Origin: an uncultured virus (IMG/VR IMGVR_UViG_3300045996_004413)
Lineage: Duplodnaviria > Heunggongvirae > Uroviricota > Caudoviricetes
Length of the DNA: 64,000 nt
IMG/VR virus record: IMGVR_UViG_3300045996_004413
Strand: one strand, 5' to 3'
Made by a program: the position numbers and the translations under genes. Shown in pieces: positions 28,604 through 37,997 of this stretch (the first letter of the stretch is position 1; the number at the start of each line of letters is the position of its first letter). A model generated the notes under the pieces. That model saw only the letters and a program-made list of their open reading frames with translations, did not search any database and had not been told where the DNA came from.

Positions 28604-28997
28604 TGGTGAATTGCGGTTGGCCGACGACATACAGTACGCGGCCTTTGTGCAGTCGTCTTTCATGGACCCGGGGCTCCCGTCGGGGCAGTTGACGTCGCCC
28701 CTGAGCCTGCGAATCCTGAGAGCCGTGTGCGGCGAGCTGAGGGATATGAGACCCGAAGAAGTGCCGCAGCCTCGCAGTGCTGATTGGCCGGCGGTGGCGG
28801 CCATCATTGGGAAGTTCCCGGAGCAGCAGCACGAGGAAGGGGTGGCTCACCACTCGGTGGTGGATTTTCTCATCGCCGTGCGTTTGTTCGGATTGGGCAT
28901 CCAGTTTCACGAGGCTGACAGCGGCTTGAACGTGCTGCAGCCCGAAGAGCAAGGAGAGTGCGATGGCGGACACGCCAAACCAGATCACCCCGGCTGA
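28542..28997 (+). CDS. hypothetical protein
   Basis: GGAG RBS; overlaps neighbours. Confidence 0.55.
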   Translation: MSLVAMAVGPKGNPLPTKLVNGELRLADDIQYAAFVQSSFMDPGLPSGQLTSPLSLRILRAVCGELRDMRPEEVPQPRSADWPAVAAIIGKFPEQQHEEGVAHHSVVDFLIAVRLFGLGIQFHEADSGLNVLQPEEQGECDGGHAKPDHPG

Positions 28998-29547
28998 CCA
29001 GCCAGAGAATATAGTGACCACGTCTCCGTCCCCCAAGGACAGTCTGGAGACTCTCCCGGGGCGGGGTATGGCGGTGTTTCGACTGTCCACACCTGTGGAC
29101 GGCCGCATTGACGCAACGCTGACCGTGGCCAGTAGCGGTCCCGCAGTAGGCGTGGCTTGGCCGGTGGCGGTGACCTTTGGCAAAGAGCGGTACGCCTTTA
29201 ACGGCATCGATATGGCGATGGCCGTCGTCAGTCAGCGAGGCGAAAGCGCGATGGCTGGCACCTACGTCAAGGCCCCCAACGCCGGCCAAAAGCCGATGGT
29301 GCTCTTCGCCTTGATCGACGGCAAGCCGATGCACTGCGAGCTGATCATGGACACTGGCGACGGCCGGGTGCGGGAAGCAGCCTTGGCCGCGTTTAAGGTC
29401 CTCTGCAAGCGATGCGGCATCCCGGCGAGCATCGATTACAACCAGGCCTTCGAAGACGGGCACGTGACCTTTGACGCGTCGCTGGTGGCGGTGTCCCAGA
29501 CGCCGCGGATCAGCGGCCCCGCCCTTTACCTCGGAGCCCCCCGGTAA
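28963..29547 (+). CDS. hypothetical protein
   Basis: AAGGAG RBS; 194 aa. Confidence 0.65.
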   Translation: MADTPNQITPADQPENIVTTSPSPKDSLETLPGRGMAVFRLSTPVDGRIDATLTVASSGPAVGVAWPVAVTFGKERYAFNGIDMAMAVVSQRGESAMAGTYVKAPNAGQKPMVLFALIDGKPMHCELIMDTGDGRVREAALAAFKVLCKRCGIPASIDYNQAFEDGHVTFDASLVAVSQTPRISGPALYLGAPR

Positions 29548-30056
29548 TGTCCCACGTGATCGCCTATACGGACGGAGCGAACATGAGCCGGTCGGAGGTG
29601 AAACACGCCGGTGCCGCTGCAATCCTGCACGTTCACCCCGCTGGGGGCATGGATCCGGAGGTGTTTGAGTGGGGCCGGTACCTGGGCGACCAGACCAACA
29701 ACGTCGCCGAGCTGTGCGCGATCGAGCAGGCGGTGATTCTAGCGAAGACCTATGCGGCGGGTTTGCCGTTGACGGTGGTGACGGACAGCCAGATGTGCCA
29801 GGGGCTGATGACGTACTCGCCCGCCCGCCGGGGGTGGGTCTACAAAGCGAGCGCGAACCGGGAGCTGGTGGAACGGATCCGGTCGCTTCTTCCGCCGCCG
29901 GACGTTTTCAAGGTGCAGTGGGTGAAGGGTCATAACGAGCACCCCTACAACGAACGCGCAGATCGCGTTGCGGTCTGGTGCAAGGAGTTTCGGCAGGAGT
30001 GGGTGGCGCGGTATCACGCGAATGCCGGCATGCCGGCACTGAACCCGCCGGTCTGA
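29547..30056 (+). CDS. rnhA: ribonuclease HI
   Basis: YTDG, TNNVAEL, TDS, WVKGH, NERAD: all catalytic residues present. Confidence 0.92.
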   Translation: MSHVIAYTDGANMSRSEVKHAGAAAILHVHPAGGMDPEVFEWGRYLGDQTNNVAELCAIEQAVILAKTYAAGLPLTVVTDSQMCQGLMTYSPARRGWVYKASANRELVERIRSLLPPPDVFKVQWVKGHNEHPYNERADRVAVWCKEFRQEWVARYHANAGMPALNPPV

Positions 30057-31507
30057 AACAGGTTGGGAGGCGTGTCGTTCTTAACCACACCCGGAATGAT
30101 CCTGGATAGTTCCTCGATCGCCTCGGTCCGCTCTGCGGGCGGCAACTTCTGCAACTCCCTCAGCAATGAGTTGCCCCCACGCAAGGTTGGCGTTCGATGA
30201 ACTTTCGGAAATACGTTTTCGCTGTTTTGCAGGAAAGTTTTTGCTTTGGCAGGCGTATCGATCACCTCGCCTGTCCCTGCGAAGTGATCGTGCTTCGCCT
30301 GTGCCAAATAGGCCTCGACTTCGTCTTGTGAGCCGTGGTATTTCCCCAGCGATGGAACCGGCTTGGACCCGGAGTGAGCAGGTTGACCGGCGTGCACAAG
30401 CTCGTGGTGCAGTAAGCTTAACGCGTAAGATTTTGGCGATTGCTTGAGGAAATCTGCCTGGACAGCAACGCGGTCGGTTCTGGGGTTGTACTGGGCGCCG
30501 GCAACAACCTCGCCGCGACCGTTACCAAGCCCGAGCTTGGTTGGGACGTCAAGCGGCACTTTGCGAGTAACTGCAGCGTCAGAGATATCCTGCAGGAACG
30601 AGAGATCGCGGTTGGCTTCACGGTAAGCCCTGGCTGGCTGCAGGGCTTTGCCGTAATTGGGTACTGATACGTCAAGCAGGCTCAGGGACTTTACGGCAGC
30701 GGGATTGGTTTTGAGTTTGTTGCCCAGCGTGTCAAGCCGGGGAGCCCCGTAGCCCCCGGGATCTTGCTTGGGCCCCTCGCTGACGGCTTGGGTGAGGACT
30801 TCTGACGTTTTCCCCAGGGCGTAACCCAGCCCACCGCCCGCGGCTGCGCCACCCAGTATGCCAAGGGCCGCATTTCGTTTCTTTCTGCCGCCAAGGAAGT
30901 AACCGCCGACACCCCCGATCGCCCCGCCGGCCAGCGATCCCAGGACGGCCCCGGAGGCGGACTTTCGCTGCAACCGCTCCTGGAATGTCGGTGCCCCGGT
31001 CGCCACCCCGTACAGGTAGCGTGACGTTCCCGGGATCCCCTCCCGCACCGCGTGCGGCAGGCCCTGGGCAACGGCAACTACTTCGTCTTTGACGCGATCC
31101 AGAAGGGTGCTGTCTTCTCCCCGCTCCTGTTGGCGGCGGAGCTTGATCATCTGGGCCGAGGGGAAGTTGTCCTCGTGGAGGAACCAGTTCTTGCCGTGGT
31201 CGTGCAGGTGCAAGTTGTTCTGCGGGTGACGGTAGGTTGTCAGCCGCTTCTGGCCGATCTCCGGCACCGCCACAAGGCTTTCGGCGAAGCCCAGGGCCTT
31301 GAGTTCCGGGATCGTCAGGGCCTTGCGGGGGATTGCCGTGCGGGGCAGGCTGCTTGCCGGTCCGCCGCCGGGCAGGTCCGGGTTTTTCCGGTGCTTCTCC
31401 ACCAGCGGAAGAAGCTTTTTCTTGGCCTTCTCGTCGCCGGACAGCGTGGACGCAACGTCGTCCTCGGCGGCCTGCTTGAAGAAATTGGGGATAGCTGCGA
31501 TCGACAT
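30014..31507 (-). CDS. hypothetical protein with glycine-zipper TM segments and HExxH zincin-like motif
   Basis: GAVLGSLAGGAIGGVGG..., LHHELVHAGQ...DEVEAY. Confidence 0.65.
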   Translation of the reverse strand: MSIAAIPNFFKQAAEDDVASTLSGDEKAKKKLLPLVEKHRKNPDLPGGGPASSLPRTAIPRKALTIPELKALGFAESLVAVPEIGQKRLTTYRHPQNNLHLHDHGKNWFLHEDNFPSAQMIKLRRQQERGEDSTLLDRVKDEVVAVAQGLPHAVREGIPGTSRYLYGVATGAPTFQERLQRKSASGAVLGSLAGGAIGGVGGYFLGGRKKRNAALGILGGAAAGGGLGYALGKTSEVLTQAVSEGPKQDPGGYGAPRLDTLGNKLKTNPAAVKSLSLLDVSVPNYGKALQPARAYREANRDLSFLQDISDAAVTRKVPLDVPTKLGLGNGRGEVVAGAQYNPRTDRVAVQADFLKQSPKSYALSLLHHELVHAGQPAHSGSKPVPSLGKYHGSQDEVEAYLAQAKHDHFAGTGEVIDTPAKAKTFLQNSENVFPKVHRTPTLRGGNSLLRELQKLPPAERTEAIEELSRIIPGVVKNDTPPNLFQTGGFSAGMPAFA

Positions 31508-31582
31508 TCAGGCATTGTAACACGCTCGCCTGAGCTGTGCCTGTATGGTAGACTTGAGTCAGCTCAAACTTGGAGACTCAAC

Positions 31583-31960
31583 ATGCAGCGGTATTTCCCC
31601 AGCGAAGGGTTTGGCGTCGACGGCCTCACGGTCGGCAACACTGGCACCAACGTGCGGTTTCGCCGGCCGGTGGGCGAAGTGACCCTGGTCAACACGTCCG
31701 CGGCAGCGGTGTATTTCGTGATCAACAAGCTCGTGAGCGACGCGGGTGTCGAGAGCGACACCCCCTCGGGCTTCAGCGACGATCGCGTCGGGGAAGCCAC
31801 CGTGGCTCAGGCTCTTGCCGAAGCTCTGTACCTGCCTGCCAACGGCACGCTGACGATCAAGGGCCCGATCGACTCGATCCACGGCCGCCGCGGCATCGCA
31901 AGCCTGTGGCTTTACTGCGCCACTTCGGCTGTAATTAAAGGCGGCAGCACCGGGCTGTAA
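31583..31960 (+). CDS. hypothetical beta-rich protein (possibly virion)
   Basis: GGAG RBS; MQRYFPSEGF... Confidence 0.65.
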   Translation: MQRYFPSEGFGVDGLTVGNTGTNVRFRRPVGEVTLVNTSAAAVYFVINKLVSDAGVESDTPSGFSDDRVGEATVAQALAEALYLPANGTLTIKGPIDSIHGRRGIASLWLYCATSAVIKGGSTGL

Positions 31961-32032
31961 TCTCACCCACCATGCGTGGGAGGAGTGTACGACGCCGTCT
32001 CCGCCTGGGGCGGCGTTAGCTTTTTAACGTGT

Positions 32033-32061
32033 TCACCGGCGACGTTCGCCGGTGATTTTTT
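32033..32061 (+). terminator. intrinsic terminator
   Basis: tcaccggcga / tcgccggtga perfect stem followed by T6. Confidence 0.75.
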
Positions 32062-32084
32062 GTTGCGCAGAAACAGGAGGTCCC

Positions 32085-32462
32085 ATGTCGTTTCGCGCCA
32101 AGGCAAAGGCCCAGTTTCACCTTGCTCTTCCGGTATTCGAAGAGGTGGTGAAGGAGGCCGGGGGCACACTTGCCCCCAAGGAAACCCTCAAGGCCTGGGG
32201 GAAGAACAAGAACGCGGACATCGTGGCGGTGGCCAGTGGTCTGCCCGGGTTTTACGGGCATCTGCAGGTGTACGACAACGGCGAAGTGATCTACGACGGT
32301 GACACCAACGTTCAGCGACTGGTGGAGATCAAGAAGGCGTTCGCCGGCAAGATGCTCGGCCGCATCGCCCAGCAGCGGGGCCAGCAGCTCACGGGCCGCA
32401 AGGTGGAAGTGGAAGGACGCAAGGGCACCATGTACGCCTTCGGGGCGAGGAGCGGACGATGA
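32085..32462 (+). CDS. DUF1257 (Ycf35)-like protein
   Basis: Size, ending AQQRGQQLTGRKVEVEG and position directly upstream of DUF2997; AGGAGG RBS. Confidence 0.55.
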   Translation: MSFRAKAKAQFHLALPVFEEVVKEAGGTLAPKETLKAWGKNKNADIVAVASGLPGFYGHLQVYDNGEVIYDGDTNVQRLVEIKKAFAGKMLGRIAQQRGQQLTGRKVEVEGRKGTMYAFGARSGR

Positions 32463-32659
32463 GCGCACCGGAAGTGAAAGTAACCGTGTTCGACGACACG
32501 GGCGATATCGAGATCGAAGTCGATGGCGCCAAGGGCAAAGACTGCCTGGCGATGGCCGCGGACTTCGAGAAAGTGTTCAAGGTCGAGGAGCGCAAGCTTA
32601 AACCGGAATTCAACGAACGTGGAACAACCAAGCAACAGCAGGGTCTTCGTAGAGGATGA
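32459..32659 (+). CDS. DUF2997 family protein
   Basis: VTVFDDTGDIEIEVDGAKGKDC....FEK...VEERKLKPEF. Confidence 0.8.
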   Translation: MSAPEVKVTVFDDTGDIEIEVDGAKGKDCLAMAADFEKVFKVEERKLKPEFNERGTTKQQQGLRRG

Positions 32660-32948
32660 CACCGGGGATCTGATCTTCATCCACGATGACGATCTGACGC
32701 CGGAAATCGCCAAGGCATTCCATGTTCAGCTGACGCGGGCATCGCACGTGATGTCCGCGTCAGCGGCCGGGGTGCCGCGGTTTGACGTGGACCTGGGCCC
32801 CTCGGGCGGGCCGGTCCTGAAAGGGTTTACCAGGTACAAAGAGGCGGTCGCCGCGGAAGTCGCGTGGCTGAACGATCGGCTACCTCTGCTTGCAGGAGAA
32901 TCATGGTGTACGTTGGAGCATACTTTGACCTTGAATCAAACGAGCTGA
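32619..32948 (+). CDS. conserved 'RASHV' protein associated with DUF2997 loci
   Basis: IHDDDL...RASHV...VDLGPSGGPVLKGF..YKEAVAAEVAWL. Confidence 0.65.
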   Translation: MEQPSNSRVFVEDDTGDLIFIHDDDLTPEIAKAFHVQLTRASHVMSASAAGVPRFDVDLGPSGGPVLKGFTRYKEAVAAEVAWLNDRLPLLAGESWCTLEHTLTLNQTS

Positions 32949-33394
32949 AGCTGTTCATGGAGGGCACTAGGCCCAAGGTGGTCGCAGAAGAGGAGGAACT
33001 GCCCAACTTCCGCGAGCGGGTCAGGAATAACTACCACCTGTACCTGGTCGACCCGGACTGCGAAAAGCTCTCGTTATACATGGGTTCCTGGGACGTGCCT
33101 CCTACCCACGGGTCGCCGGAGGAGATCACGATCCCGGTGGCGATGCGGGACTTCTTCCGCAAGACCACCAAGCCGGACCTGGTGAAGATCCGGGCCAGCT
33201 ACTTTTACACGGTAGCGATCGAGGTGGAGATCTCCGTGCCCCGGGAGAAGCTGGTGAAGGAAGGGTCATGGCGGCTGCGAGACACCGCCGACCTGCCCGG
33301 GCCGTATATCCCGGGCACCAAGCCCGATTACGTGGCGTCGGTCAGCGAGGGCCCCTCGCTGTCGATTACCGTGCTCGATCCGCCTGTGGCTTGA
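32903..33394 (+). CDS. hypothetical protein
   Basis: AGGAG RBS before ATG 32903. Confidence 0.65.
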   Translation: MVYVGAYFDLESNELKLFMEGTRPKVVAEEEELPNFRERVRNNYHLYLVDPDCEKLSLYMGSWDVPPTHGSPEEITIPVAMRDFFRKTTKPDLVKIRASYFYTVAIEVEISVPREKLVKEGSWRLRDTADLPGPYIPGTKPDYVASVSEGPSLSITVLDPPVA

Positions 33395-33443
33395 CTCTGG
33401 GCCCGTAATAAGGTCTTATCTCATCTCAGCAACAGGAGACCCC

Positions 33444-34175
33444 ATGCCCTCGCATACCCTCCAGACCATGCTTGTGCCCCACGGCCTGGACCATCACAAG
33501 CTCCGCAAGGAGTTGCGATCGTTCGGCCGGCCTCTCGACAAGCCGTTTGGCGTGCTCAAGCCGCCCGACGACGACAGCGGGGGCCGGGAAGACCATCCGA
33601 TCGAGGCCCACATTTACGTGACCAAGGATAAGTCGGTCACCTCCCTGAACGACAAGGGTGTCCTCGTGAAGGACACCCTGACCAATTACCAGCGGATCGA
33701 GTTCACCTATTTTCCCAAGGAAAAGCTTTTTGAGGTGACCCTCGGCTCGCCCGCGGCATGCAAGGCCCTGCAGGATTTCTGCTGCAGCCACCTGTATGTA
33801 CCGTTTGATTTCGTGACGCCCAGCGTCGATCTGCTCAAAGTCGCGCAGCACATGGCAAAGGACAAAACCCTCCGTATTACGTCGGTGGTATGCTCGAAGT
33901 ACCCCTGGTCCGATGAGGTGGCCGGCGTCTACGTACCGAAGTTCAAGCTCCTGGCAGAGGCCCTGGAGTTTATCGAGAAGTACGAGGCGCTGGTGACGCA
34001 GCTGGCGATGAAGTGGTCTTCCAGCATGAAGATCAATCTCCGGCTGACGACAGACGGCAGCGCCGCTTACAGCGGAAAAGACGTGGACTGCTACGGCCGG
34101 GACAAGGTGCGTGAGTTGTTGAGACTGGTGAAAGAGGCGCCCAAGGAGAACGAAGACCCTGACGAATCGGAGTAG
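33444..34175 (+). CDS. hypothetical protein
   Basis: AGGAG RBS; 243 aa. Confidence 0.7.
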   Translation: MPSHTLQTMLVPHGLDHHKLRKELRSFGRPLDKPFGVLKPPDDDSGGREDHPIEAHIYVTKDKSVTSLNDKGVLVKDTLTNYQRIEFTYFPKEKLFEVTLGSPAACKALQDFCCSHLYVPFDFVTPSVDLLKVAQHMAKDKTLRITSVVCSKYPWSDEVAGVYVPKFKLLAEALEFIEKYEALVTQLAMKWSSSMKINLRLTTDGSAAYSGKDVDCYGRDKVRELLRLVKEAPKENEDPDESE

Positions 34176-34179
34176 TACC

Positions 34180-34440
34180 ATGCCCCCTCCCGAAACACTC
34201 ACACCTTCGCAGCACGAAGAGTTCAGCACCGAGCAGTTGTGGCGGCTCTTTGGGGCCAAGCTCGCAAACACCAGCGCCATCGGGCAAGTCATGCCCAAGA
34301 AGCTCTGGTCCAACTTTTACCGGGTCAATGTCCATGACCGCAAGACGAATTGCATTATCGCCTCGGCGTTCGTCCGCGCAGTCCACAAGGCAGGCGGTAT
34401 GAGCATCGAGGACGTTACGTGCCTATCCCAAAGACCGTAG
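34180..34440 (+). CDS. hypothetical protein
   Basis: 86 aa; LWSNFYRVNV. Confidence 0.6.
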   Translation: MPPPETLTPSQHEEFSTEQLWRLFGAKLANTSAIGQVMPKKLWSNFYRVNVHDRKTNCIIASAFVRAVHKAGGMSIEDVTCLSQRP

Positions 34441-34703
34441 AAGGCCGCATGCCCTTTGGCATGTACAAGGATCTCAAGATCTCGCAGGTCCCGGACTCGG
34501 GGCTGCAGTACGCGATCGACAACTGGAAAGACGGCGCAGGGAAGGACGTCGCAGATTTGTGTCGAGTGGAACTCGACCGGCGTAAAGCGTCAGGCATGAC
34601 CCAGGCTTCCGAGGAGAACCTGGAAGAGAAGGCCGACCAGCTTTTGAAAAACGCCGGATTTGGAAACCTGTGCCGCAAGCCGTCTCGACGGTGGAAGGCC
34701 TAA
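34419..34703 (+). CDS. DUF3820/QSregVF-like small protein
   Basis: RMPFGMYKDLKISQVPDSGLQY matches the MPFGKYKG...VP..YL pattern. Confidence 0.65.
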   Translation: MPIPKTVEGRMPFGMYKDLKISQVPDSGLQYAIDNWKDGAGKDVADLCRVELDRRKASGMTQASEENLEEKADQLLKNAGFGNLCRKPSRRWKA

Positions 34704-34716
34704 ACCAGGAGCCCGC

Positions 34717-35007
34717 ATGGCGGACAACGGTATTATTTCCATCCCCTGGACCCGGCTTGAAAAAGCCCCTGAGAACCCGGCCATTGGAGCCCTGTGGGCC
34801 GGCGAATGCGAGGGCAAGAAGCTCGCGATCTCGATCGACCCTGGCGCCAAGAACATGCTGTTTATCATCGACGGCGTGGCCCACGCGGTCTCGGTCTCGA
34901 CGACCATGGCCAAGTTGCTGCAGTCGCTGGAGGGTGGCCTGGTGGTGCAGACCATCAACCCCGCCGAGCAGTCGGCGCTCGTTCCGATGCCCCCTGCCCC
35001 GCGATAG
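34717..35007 (+). CDS. hypothetical protein
   Basis: AGGAG RBS. Confidence 0.65.
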   Translation: MADNGIISIPWTRLEKAPENPAIGALWAGECEGKKLAISIDPGAKNMLFIIDGVAHAVSVSTTMAKLLQSLEGGLVVQTINPAEQSALVPMPPAPR

Positions 35008-35035
35008 ATCCCCCTGAATCTTTCTCCCCCTCCAC

Positions 35036-35074
35036 CCCGGGCCGGTTCTCTCAGGAAACCGGCCCGGGTTTTTT
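35036..35074 (+). terminator. intrinsic terminator
   Basis: cccgggccggtt / aaccggcccggg 12 bp stem followed by T6. Confidence 0.85.
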
Positions 35075-35135
35075 CATTGGCTGAGTTGAGTAACTGAGAA
35101 ACTTTAAGTAACGTATGGGCTGAGTAGAGGTACGA

Positions 35136-35675
35136 ATGCCCATCGACGACGAAGATTCAGAGTTGCCCGAGCTGGTTCCGGTGGTCGTGACAGTGCGCGT
35201 GTCACCCTTCGCCCTGCAGGAGGCAACAGCCATTGGCTTTAAGGCTGGCCGCGACGACCGGGCCATGCGATACCAGATGCCAGCGAGGCTCGCTCCCAAT
35301 TACTTCAAGGTCTTCACTTCCGCGGTCGACAGTCTAAAAGCCCGCGACGTCTTCCCCGCCCGCTACGCTCCCCGCCTCGACGAACTCGCCTGTCAACAAG
35401 CCCGCAGCTACGCGATCCTCCTCACCAAGATCTCTGAACAAGCCTCCAACGAACTGTACGCCGGCTGCAAGACCGCCAACATCAAGTACATCTCCAACGC
35501 CCGCCTTGCCAAGTACGTCGACAAGGTCCTGCCCAGACCGCTCTTTGAACAAACCCTGCTGCAGCCGATCCACCGCGCCTTCTGGACGGGGTGGCAGGAG
35601 GGTGTGCAGCTCGAACGCATGTGGCTTGCGGCCATGGGCCGGCGCCGCCAACTCATTGCCCCGATCACCGCCTGA
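35136..35675 (+). CDS. hypothetical protein
   Basis: GAGG RBS; 179 aa. Confidence 0.65.
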   Translation: MPIDDEDSELPELVPVVVTVRVSPFALQEATAIGFKAGRDDRAMRYQMPARLAPNYFKVFTSAVDSLKARDVFPARYAPRLDELACQQARSYAILLTKISEQASNELYAGCKTANIKYISNARLAKYVDKVLPRPLFEQTLLQPIHRAFWTGWQEGVQLERMWLAAMGRRRQLIAPITA

Positions 35676-35682
35676 GGGAGTC

Positions 35683-37341
35683 ATGGACATGCAGCCTGTT
35701 CCCGCGATCTCCTTCACCGAGCCTGCGTCTGCGCCCCCGGGCTTCCCCCGCCTCAACCTCTTCGTCTCCTACTGCGACGATCTCAACCCCCACCGGCAGG
35801 TGGAACTGGCCAAGTGCCTGCGGATGAACCAGAACAACCCGCTGATCGCCACGGTGACGGTGGTGTCGGAGAATGCCGGGCGGCTGCATCCGGAGATCAC
35901 CGGCCACCCCAAGTACCGCGGCGTCTCGCTGCCAAGGCGCACCACGTACAACGACCTGTTCGCGGCCGTCAACAAACTCACCGGCCCTGACGACATCAAC
36001 ATCATTGCCAACGCCGATATCTTCTTTGACCAGACCCTGCTTGTGCTGGGCCGATACAACCTGGTCAACACCGCCCTGGTCGTGAGCCGCTGGGACATTC
36101 GGCCCGACGGCTGGTCCCAGATCCGCATGCGAGGAGACTCCCAAGATGTCTGGATTATCCAAGGCCCTGTCCGCCCCATGGACGGAAACTTTTTCACCGG
36201 CCAGCCTGGGTGCGACCAGGCGATCGCGGAAAGGATGCAAAGGGTCGGCTACCGGGTCACCAACCCCGCCACCGAGCTTCGCTGCCATCATCTGCATCTC
36301 AGTCGCGTGCGTCGCTATAGTCATGCTGACCCGAAACCGCCCCGCCCCTATACCTCCGTTGAACCCTCCGCGTATGCCCCGGGGCAGCTCGCAAAACTCT
36401 GCCGCGATGGCTCTGAACTTCGAGTCCTGCACTTTGGTCTGCCTGACAAATACAACGGCACACGTCGCGCGATGGCGAAGCTGGGCACCTACTTTGAACT
36501 GACCTGGCGGGGCATGCCCAACCCCGCGGCCGCCCTGCGGGAAGCCTGGGAGCACTTCAAGCCGCACGTGACCTACATGCAGGTGCAGGCCCCCGGGGTG
36601 CTCACCCCCGCCCTGATGAAAGATGCCCCGGGCGTGGTGGTGAACTGGACCGGGGACGTCCGCTCGCCTCTGCCTGAATGGTACATCGACATCGGCCGCG
36701 AAATTGACCTGACGCTGTTTTCCAACACCACCGACGTCGCTACCGCCCGGGAGCGCGGGATCAACGCCGACTTCTGGAACATCGGCTACGACCAAACGGT
36801 CTTCACCCCGATCGGCCCCCGGCTAGACGACTCGCCACGCATCGTGTTCATGGGCAACAACTACCCGTACTTCCCCTTGTCCCGCGAGCGGACCGAGATG
36901 GTGCGGGCACTGCAGCAGCGGTATGGGGCACGGTTCCAGGTCTACGGCAACCGTTTCGGCGGTCCGCGGAACTCCGACTCCCACGAGGACCAGTCGCAGG
37001 TCTACCGCAGCTGCGACATCGCGATCAACCAGAGCCACTTCGAGTACGGCCGGTACTCCTCCGACCGGATCTTCCGGATCATGGGCAGCGGTGCCTTTTG
37101 CCTAACCCGCTGGTTTCCGGAGCTGGAGAAGGATTACACCCCCGGCCGGCACCTGGCCGTGTGGAACGGCTTCGACGACTTGATGCTCAAGATCGACTAT
37201 TACCTGGAGCATGTCGAGGCCCGCAAGGCGATCGCCCGGGCAGGTTGGGCGCTGGTGCAATCCCGCGACACCTTCGACACCCGGGTCGAGTACCTGTACC
37301 ACATGATCCAGCCCTTCCTCCGCCGCAAGAATTTGATTTGA
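35683..37341 (+). CDS. two-domain glycosyltransferase (N-terminal GT-A-like plus CgeB/Glyco_trans_1_2-like GT-B)
   Basis: IIANADIFFD, GQPGCD; C-terminal IVFMGNNY...YSSDRIFRIMGSGAFCLT...IDYYL...RKAIARAG. Confidence 0.85.
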   Translation: MDMQPVPAISFTEPASAPPGFPRLNLFVSYCDDLNPHRQVELAKCLRMNQNNPLIATVTVVSENAGRLHPEITGHPKYRGVSLPRRTTYNDLFAAVNKLTGPDDINIIANADIFFDQTLLVLGRYNLVNTALVVSRWDIRPDGWSQIRMRGDSQDVWIIQGPVRPMDGNFFTGQPGCDQAIAERMQRVGYRVTNPATELRCHHLHLSRVRRYSHADPKPPRPYTSVEPSAYAPGQLAKLCRDGSELRVLHFGLPDKYNGTRRAMAKLGTYFELTWRGMPNPAAALREAWEHFKPHVTYMQVQAPGVLTPALMKDAPGVVVNWTGDVRSPLPEWYIDIGREIDLTLFSNTTDVATARERGINADFWNIGYDQTVFTPIGPRLDDSPRIVFMGNNYPYFPLSRERTEMVRALQQRYGARFQVYGNRFGGPRNSDSHEDQSQVYRSCDIAINQSHFEYGRYSSDRIFRIMGSGAFCLTRWFPELEKDYTPGRHLAVWNGFDDLMLKIDYYLEHVEARKAIARAGWALVQSRDTFDTRVEYLYHMIQPFLRRKNLI

Positions 37342-37366
37342 ATCAATCGATGAGCCGAGGTATGCT
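37338..37366 (+). promoter_or_regulatory. sigma70-like promoter
   Basis: TTGAAT-N17-TATGCT. Confidence 0.5.
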
Positions 37367-37516
37367 CTGCTCCTCTTCTTTTATTTCCAGAGGTGGCCGG
37401 TGCCGCGACGCTTCTTGCGATGGATCATCGTTGCCGTGATTCGGCAACTCCGTTCGCTCGTTGTGCCCCCGACCCTCGAAGGCCCTTTGGCCTACGCTTT
37501 TTTCAAGGAGTCGGTC

Positions 37517-37897
37517 ATGTCCCAGACGCTCACGTACGAGATTGCGCTTCCCACCTCCCCGTCCCCCGACGTCACTAAGCTTGTGCTGTCGATCGCGGAA
37601 GTTCTCGCCGACGGCACCGCGATGCCCACGATTTCCCGGGACGTGGCCAAGGACGCCAAGTCCGATTCGGTCACCGTCCGCGAAGGCTCCTCGGTCGCAA
37701 TTTCGATCGTCGCCATCGACGACGCTGGGAACTCTTCGGCCCCCAAGAGCGTTGCCTTTACTGCCACTGACACAATTCCGCCTGTTCTCGAGGGCGATCT
37801 GTCGGTCAAGGCCGTGTCCGAGCAGAACGCTGTTGACCCGGTTTCCCCGGTCAGCCCCGTTACTCCTCCGGCCGACCCGACCCAGCCGACCGCCTAA
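37517..37897 (+). CDS. Ig/FN3-like single-domain protein
   Basis: AAGGAG RBS; AIDDAGNSS...ATDTIPP; Pro-rich tail. Confidence 0.65.
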   Translation: MSQTLTYEIALPTSPSPDVTKLVLSIAEVLADGTAMPTISRDVAKDAKSDSVTVREGSSVAISIVAIDDAGNSSAPKSVAFTATDTIPPVLEGDLSVKAVSEQNAVDPVSPVSPVTPPADPTQPTA

Positions 37898-37997
37898 AAT
37901 CCCGCCGCGCGAGGCGGCTCTGGAATCGCCACCGAGGGACTTGGCTGCCAGAGCCGCCTCAAATGCGTTTGTATCCTTCTGACTTTTATAGGGTCAC

